A DNA stretch of 64,000 nt from Dehalococcoidia bacterium (GTDB lineage: Bacteria; Chloroflexota; Dehalococcoidia; Dehalococcoidales; Fen-1064), in contig DUFD01000044.1 of NCBI GenBank assembly GCA_011171075.1, positions 49,494 through 113,493 of the forward strand, read 5' to 3'. Both the position numbers and the translations under genes were made by a program. Shown piece by piece: positions 60,141 through 64,000 of this stretch (the stretch's first letter is position 1; every line of letters begins with the position of its first letter). The notes beneath the pieces were generated by a model that made no database searches, was not told where the DNA came from, and saw nothing but the letters and a program-made list of their open reading frames with translations.

Positions 60141-60785
60141 TCAGAAGGCCTTCTTTATCCGTGCCCAGACACTGAGGAAGTGAATGAATAGACTGCTTTT
60201 TCTGCCCGTAATCGTGCCCGCTCTCAACGCCTGCAGATAGCTGTCCTTGTCTTTGAATTCCGGCATTTCGACGTATGCCCGGCCAATCTCGAGTGTCGAG
60301 TGGGCATCGCTCCCAGCACACTTGGCGAGGCCATGCTTGTCGGCGAATGCCTGTGCCTTGAGTGCAGGCAATTGAAGTGGGCTTCTGGAGTTGAACACTT
60401 CAACGATGTCTATATCGGCGGCTAGTGCATCCAGTTCCAGCTCGCTCAGCCGGAGTCTCCTCAGGGTGTCGAAGGGATGGGGGAGGCAGACAAGGGCGTC
60501 CTGCTCTTTGATTCGTTCAATCGTCTCCCTGACGGATGAACCACTGGATATGCCTTCTTTAAGAAAGACGCCCATAATTTCTCCGACAGGAGTCAGGACT
60601 TCTTCGGCGATAATTACTGGAAAGGGTGCGATTTCCTGCATCCGTAGCGCCCCTTCAATCGTGCCGTGGTCGGCGATGGCAATGCAGTTGATACCGAGTT
60701 TATTGCAGCGGGCAACTATCTTCTCCAGCGGTGTATCGCAGTCCATGGAGTATTTCGTGTGGATGTGAAGGTCTGCCTTGAGCAA
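60141..60785 (-). CDS. PHP-domain phosphoesterase
   Basis: DLHIHT..S.D, IADH, PHPF, EVFNSR, GSDAH. Confidence 0.9.
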   Translation of the reverse strand: MLKADLHIHTKYSMDCDTPLEKIVARCNKLGINCIAIADHGTIEGALRMQEIAPFPVIIAEEVLTPVGEIMGVFLKEGISSGSSVRETIERIKEQDALVCLPHPFDTLRRLRLSELELDALAADIDIVEVFNSRSPLQLPALKAQAFADKHGLAKCAGSDAHSTLEIGRAYVEMPEFKDKDSYLQALRAGTITGRKSSLFIHFLSVWARIKKAF

Positions 60786-60786
60786 T

Positions 60787-61344
60787 TTAGCCAGCCCTCT
60801 CCAGGTAGGTGCCCGTACGGGTATCAACCTTGATGATATCCCCCTCGTTAACGAACAAAGGTACCTGCACCGTGATGCCGGTCTCCAGGGTTGCCGGTTT
60901 CGTGCCGGCAGTAACGGTATCTCCCTTTACGCCAGGTTCGGCAGAAGCTACCAGGAGCTCGACCGATATCGGTAACTCAACGCCAACCACCTCTCCCTTG
61001 TAGCTTGATATCTGCAGGGACATGCCTTCCTTCATATAGTTGATGGTGTCGCCGAGCTGGTCGAGATTGAGTGAAATCTGCTCGAAGGTCTTTTCATCCA
61101 TGAAATAATAAAGATTGCCATCGTTATACAGGTACTGCATATCACGGAACTCAAGCCGCGCCCGGACAAACTTTTCGCTCGATTGAAAGGTACGCTCGAA
61201 GGCATGGCCAGCCTGGATATCACGTAGCTTTACCCTGGCAAGGGCGGTCCGCTTTTGCTTGATGTGCTGATAGTCAAGGACCTGGTACAGCTTACCGTCC
61301 ATCTCAATGACCACTCCTCTTCTCAACTCGGTGGCGTTTATCAT
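60787..61344 (-). CDS. efp: Elongation factor P
   Basis: QYLY.DG..Y.FMD..TFEQ, PGVKGDT, KPATLETG..VQVPLF, DTRTG.Y. Confidence 0.96.
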   Translation of the reverse strand: MINATELRRGVVIEMDGKLYQVLDYQHIKQKRTALARVKLRDIQAGHAFERTFQSSEKFVRARLEFRDMQYLYNDGNLYYFMDEKTFEQISLNLDQLGDTINYMKEGMSLQISSYKGEVVGVELPISVELLVASAEPGVKGDTVTAGTKPATLETGITVQVPLFVNEGDIIKVDTRTGTYLERAG

Positions 61345-62435
61345 GGTGAAATTAAACCTCCGGTATCCATTTTTTTTGCATTTGACAGGAGCCTGGGTTT
61401 ATTGCCGTCCATTACAGCCAGGTCCTCGATTCTCACTCCTCCCCAGCCGGTAAGGTAAATGCCGGGCTCTATGGAAAACACCATGTTGGCATTCAACAGG
61501 TCTTCTGAATTGGGGCCGAGGCGTGGTTCTTCATGCTCTGCTAGCCCGACACCGTGACCGAGCGAATGTCCGAAGGCCTGGCCGTGGCCTGCTTCCTCGA
61601 TTACCGCCCGGGCAAGAGCATCTGCATCATGCCCGCTCATGCCTTCTCTAATACCACTTATCGCGGCTGATTGCGCCTTGAGGACAGTGTTGTATACCTG
61701 CTTGAAGGTGTCATCCGGCTTACCGAGGCAGATGGTACGGGTGAGGTCGCTGCAGTAGCCTTCAAAACGGGCACCCATGTCGATTACAATCGGCTCGCCG
61801 GGTTGTATCCTGCGCTCCGAAGGCTTAGCGTGAGGCATGGCGGCGTTAAGTCCTGATGCGAAAATCACATCAAAGGCTATTGTCTGGCTGCCGAGCTCAC
61901 GCAGGCGGCTTTCCAGCATCCAGGCGACCTCTCTTTCGGTCATGCCCACCTTCAGGGTATCGGTAACCTGCTCAAAGGCTTTGTCGGTGATTTCCGAAGC
62001 CCTGGTGATAAACTCGATTTCCCCTGGCTCTTTCACAGCGCGGAGTTTCTCCACCAGTCCTTCTACAGGGGCGAGTTCCAGTCTGGGTCGGGTATCCTTT
62101 ATTATATCGTACAGCTGCTGGTAAAAAGAGAAGGTAACGTGCCTGTCCTCGAACCCGAGCCGCTCGTTATTAAGGTCGGCTATCAGTTCTGGCAACCAGT
62201 TGGAGATAGCACCGGTTATTTGAAAGATAACATAGTCCGGGGCCTGGATAGTGGCCTGCTCCGTATAGCGGAAGTCGGTAGCCAGGGTGGCGTCATGCAC
62301 GGTTATCAGCAGGAAACCGGCCGAGCCGGTAAAACCGGACAGGTAGCGACGGTTCTGCGGCTGAGAGACAAGGACGGCATCAAGCCCCAGCCGGGACATT
62401 TCCTGACGCAGGTTACTGAGTCGGTTATTCACCAT
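61341..62435 (-). CDS. Xaa-Pro aminopeptidase (M24)
   Basis: YLSGF.GS, TDFRY, D.G....GY.SD.TRT, HSLGHGVG, IEPGIY, GVRIED. Confidence 0.93.
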   Translation of the reverse strand: MVNNRLSNLRQEMSRLGLDAVLVSQPQNRRYLSGFTGSAGFLLITVHDATLATDFRYTEQATIQAPDYVIFQITGAISNWLPELIADLNNERLGFEDRHVTFSFYQQLYDIIKDTRPRLELAPVEGLVEKLRAVKEPGEIEFITRASEITDKAFEQVTDTLKVGMTEREVAWMLESRLRELGSQTIAFDVIFASGLNAAMPHAKPSERRIQPGEPIVIDMGARFEGYCSDLTRTICLGKPDDTFKQVYNTVLKAQSAAISGIREGMSGHDADALARAVIEEAGHGQAFGHSLGHGVGLAEHEEPRLGPNSEDLLNANMVFSIEPGIYLTGWGGVRIEDLAVMDGNKPRLLSNAKKMDTGGLISP

Positions 62436-63369
62436 CGCTGTTGTCTTTCTTCCTTTGTGCCAGGGGATGTGCTGACAGGTAGACCTTTCTTGCCTGGCTC
62501 TTGCTAACATGGGTATAGACCTGTGTCGACGACAGGTCGGCGTGTCCCAGTAGCTCCTGGACCACCCTCAGGTCGGCCCCACCGTCGAGCATATGGGTGG
62601 CGAAAGTGTGCCGCAGCATGTGCGGGTGGACCCTCCGCTCGATACCGGCAATGCGGGCGTACTTCTCCAGTATCTTCTGTATTCGACGTTCAATCAGGCG
62701 CTCACCCTGACGGCTGATGAATATGGCATTGCTCTTTTTTTCACCAAGGAGGTGAGGACGACCTTCCTTGAGATATGAAGTAAGTGCCCTGGCTGCCGGT
62801 TCGCCCATCAGCACCACCCGTTCCTTGGAGCCCTTTCCGACGACCCTTATCTCTTTTGAATCAACGTCTACCTGTCCCAGATTCAGGCTCACCAGCTCGC
62901 TGACCCTGAGGCCGGAAGCGTAAAGCAGTTCTAGCAGGGCGCGGTCACGCATACCTACCGGCGTGGTTGAGTCGGGTGTTTCCAGGAGACTGGTTACCTC
63001 GGTGGTGCTCAACAAAGAGGGGAGGCGCTGCTCCCGCTTGGGAGACGTCACCTCTTCCATGGGATTGTGGGATAATAGCCCTTCCCTGACCAGGAAGTTA
63101 AAGAATGAGCGAATGGCCGACTGCCTGCGGGCGATACTGCTCTTGGCGATACCGCTCTCCATCAGCCAGGCGTTGTAGTCGCGAATGACCTGTCTGTCCA
63201 CATCTTCCAGCGTCATTATCTTTCTCATGCTGAGGAACTGAAGGAAGCCGTTCTCGGCACCGGATTTCCTGCCCCCGAGCAGGTCGTGCAGGTAGTTCCG
63301 CACCGTGTAGTCGGAGGCGTTCTTCTCGGCCCTCAGGTAGTTTGCGTATCTATCCAGGGCTTGTTGCAT
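62425..63369 (-). CDS. xerC: Tyrosine recombinase XerC
   Basis: LYASGLRVSEL, GKGSKER, HMLRHTFATH, LGH..STQVYTH; follows topA. Confidence 0.88.
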   Translation of the reverse strand: MQQALDRYANYLRAEKNASDYTVRNYLHDLLGGRKSGAENGFLQFLSMRKIMTLEDVDRQVIRDYNAWLMESGIAKSSIARRQSAIRSFFNFLVREGLLSHNPMEEVTSPKREQRLPSLLSTTEVTSLLETPDSTTPVGMRDRALLELLYASGLRVSELVSLNLGQVDVDSKEIRVVGKGSKERVVLMGEPAARALTSYLKEGRPHLLGEKKSNAIFISRQGERLIERRIQKILEKYARIAGIERRVHPHMLRHTFATHMLDGGADLRVVQELLGHADLSSTQVYTHVSKSQARKVYLSAHPLAQRKKDNSDGE

Positions 63370-64000
63370 GGACTGTATCCTGGGGAATTCTTCCCCGGTA
63401 GCTGCACTTGGTACATCTTGCTTGATTACCACGGTACTCGGTCATAAGGGCGCCGCACCTGGGGCAGGGCTCCGGCAGCGGTCGTGAAAATACGGCGAAG
63501 TTACAGGCGGGATAGTTGCTGCAGCCGTAGAAGGTACGGCCCTTCTTGCTACGTCTCTCTACCAGGTCGCCGCCGCACTGCGGGCAGATGGCGCCAGTCT
63601 TTAGCTGGTACGACCTGGTATACTTGCAGTCGGGGTAGCCGGTACAGGCCAGGAACTTGCCGAAACGACCGGTCTTGATGGCCAGCTGTCGGCCGCAGTT
63701 CGGGCAGGTCTCATCGGTCAGCTCATCGGCCAGTTTCACCTTCTCGATTTGCTCGGTAGCGGCGGTAAGGCTCTTTTCCAGAGGGGTGTAGAAGGTCTGC
63801 ACGACCTCTACCCAGTCGCCCTTGTCATTAGCGATTTCGTCCAGCTCGTCCTCGAGGCGGGCGGTAAATGCAATATCGACGATGTCGGGGAAGTGCTCAC
63901 TCATCAGGTCGCTGACAACCATGCCAAGTTCGGTGGGCTGGAGGATACTCCTGTCCCTGGAGACGTACTCTCGCTGCTGGATGGTCGATAAAATCGGGGC
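63350..64000 (-). CDS. topA: DNA topoisomerase I, C-terminal part (5' end outside window)
   Basis: FTA.LE.ELD.IA, repeated Zn ribbons GRFG.FL.C..YP.C and FYGCSNYP.C. Confidence 0.95.
   Translation of the reverse strand, partial: APILSTIQQREYVSRDRSILQPTELGMVVSDLMSEHFPDIVDIAFTARLEDELDEIANDKGDWVEVVQTFYTPLEKSLTAATEQIEKVKLADELTDETCPNCGRQLAIKTGRFGKFLACTGYPDCKYTRSYQLKTGAICPQCGGDLVERRSKKGRTFYGCSNYPACNFAVFSRPLPEPCPRCGALMTEYRGNQARCTKCSYRGRIPQDTVHATSPG

Noticed and set aside
62425-63369. Tyrosine recombinase as a mobile-element integrase
   Set aside because: XerC-like length and motifs in a housekeeping topA operon; no att sites or cargo
1-64000. CRISPR arrays, IS elements, rRNA, selenocysteine read-through
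   Set aside because: No regular repeats, transposases, rRNA signatures or TGA-interrupted conserved genes noticed by eye; not excluded computationally

Overview
Core chromosomal segment of an anaerobic bacterium. Gene content and protein style suggest Chloroflexota, class Dehalococcoidia (inference). It runs from the 3' end of ftsZ to the 3' end of topA. Contents: nrdR-nrdJ (paired NrdR boxes), acpS, a Gld-like ABC cluster, orphan oppDF, acyl-CoA enzymes, a LonC-type protease, plsY, carB, tRNA-Arg(TCT), dxs-pgk-apgM-tpiA-miaA, a panG-panD-panB-panC operon with a pan-motif-like attenuator, an AmmeMemoRadiSam locus, rarA, aroF, aspS, tig-clpP and a topA-xerC-pepP-efp operon. I saw no CRISPR array, IS, prophage or rRNA. 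The best candidate for an undescribed system is a 3.2-kb regulatory island at 21952-25138. There a cysteine-free Crp/Fnr regulator has three matching boxes at class II activator position, upstream of a Zn-ribbon microprotein, a ferredoxin and Hsp20. Beside it lies an apparently leaderless XRE repressor with a perfect palindrome over its promoter, coupled to an ImmA/IrrE-type metalloprotease with an extra Cys-cluster domain. Second candidate: a Cas4/AddB-like plus DEDD dual nuclease (DUF2779) next to a degenerate pyrophosphatase and a RarA-hydrolase fusion. All assignments come from motif recognition by eye; no searches were run.
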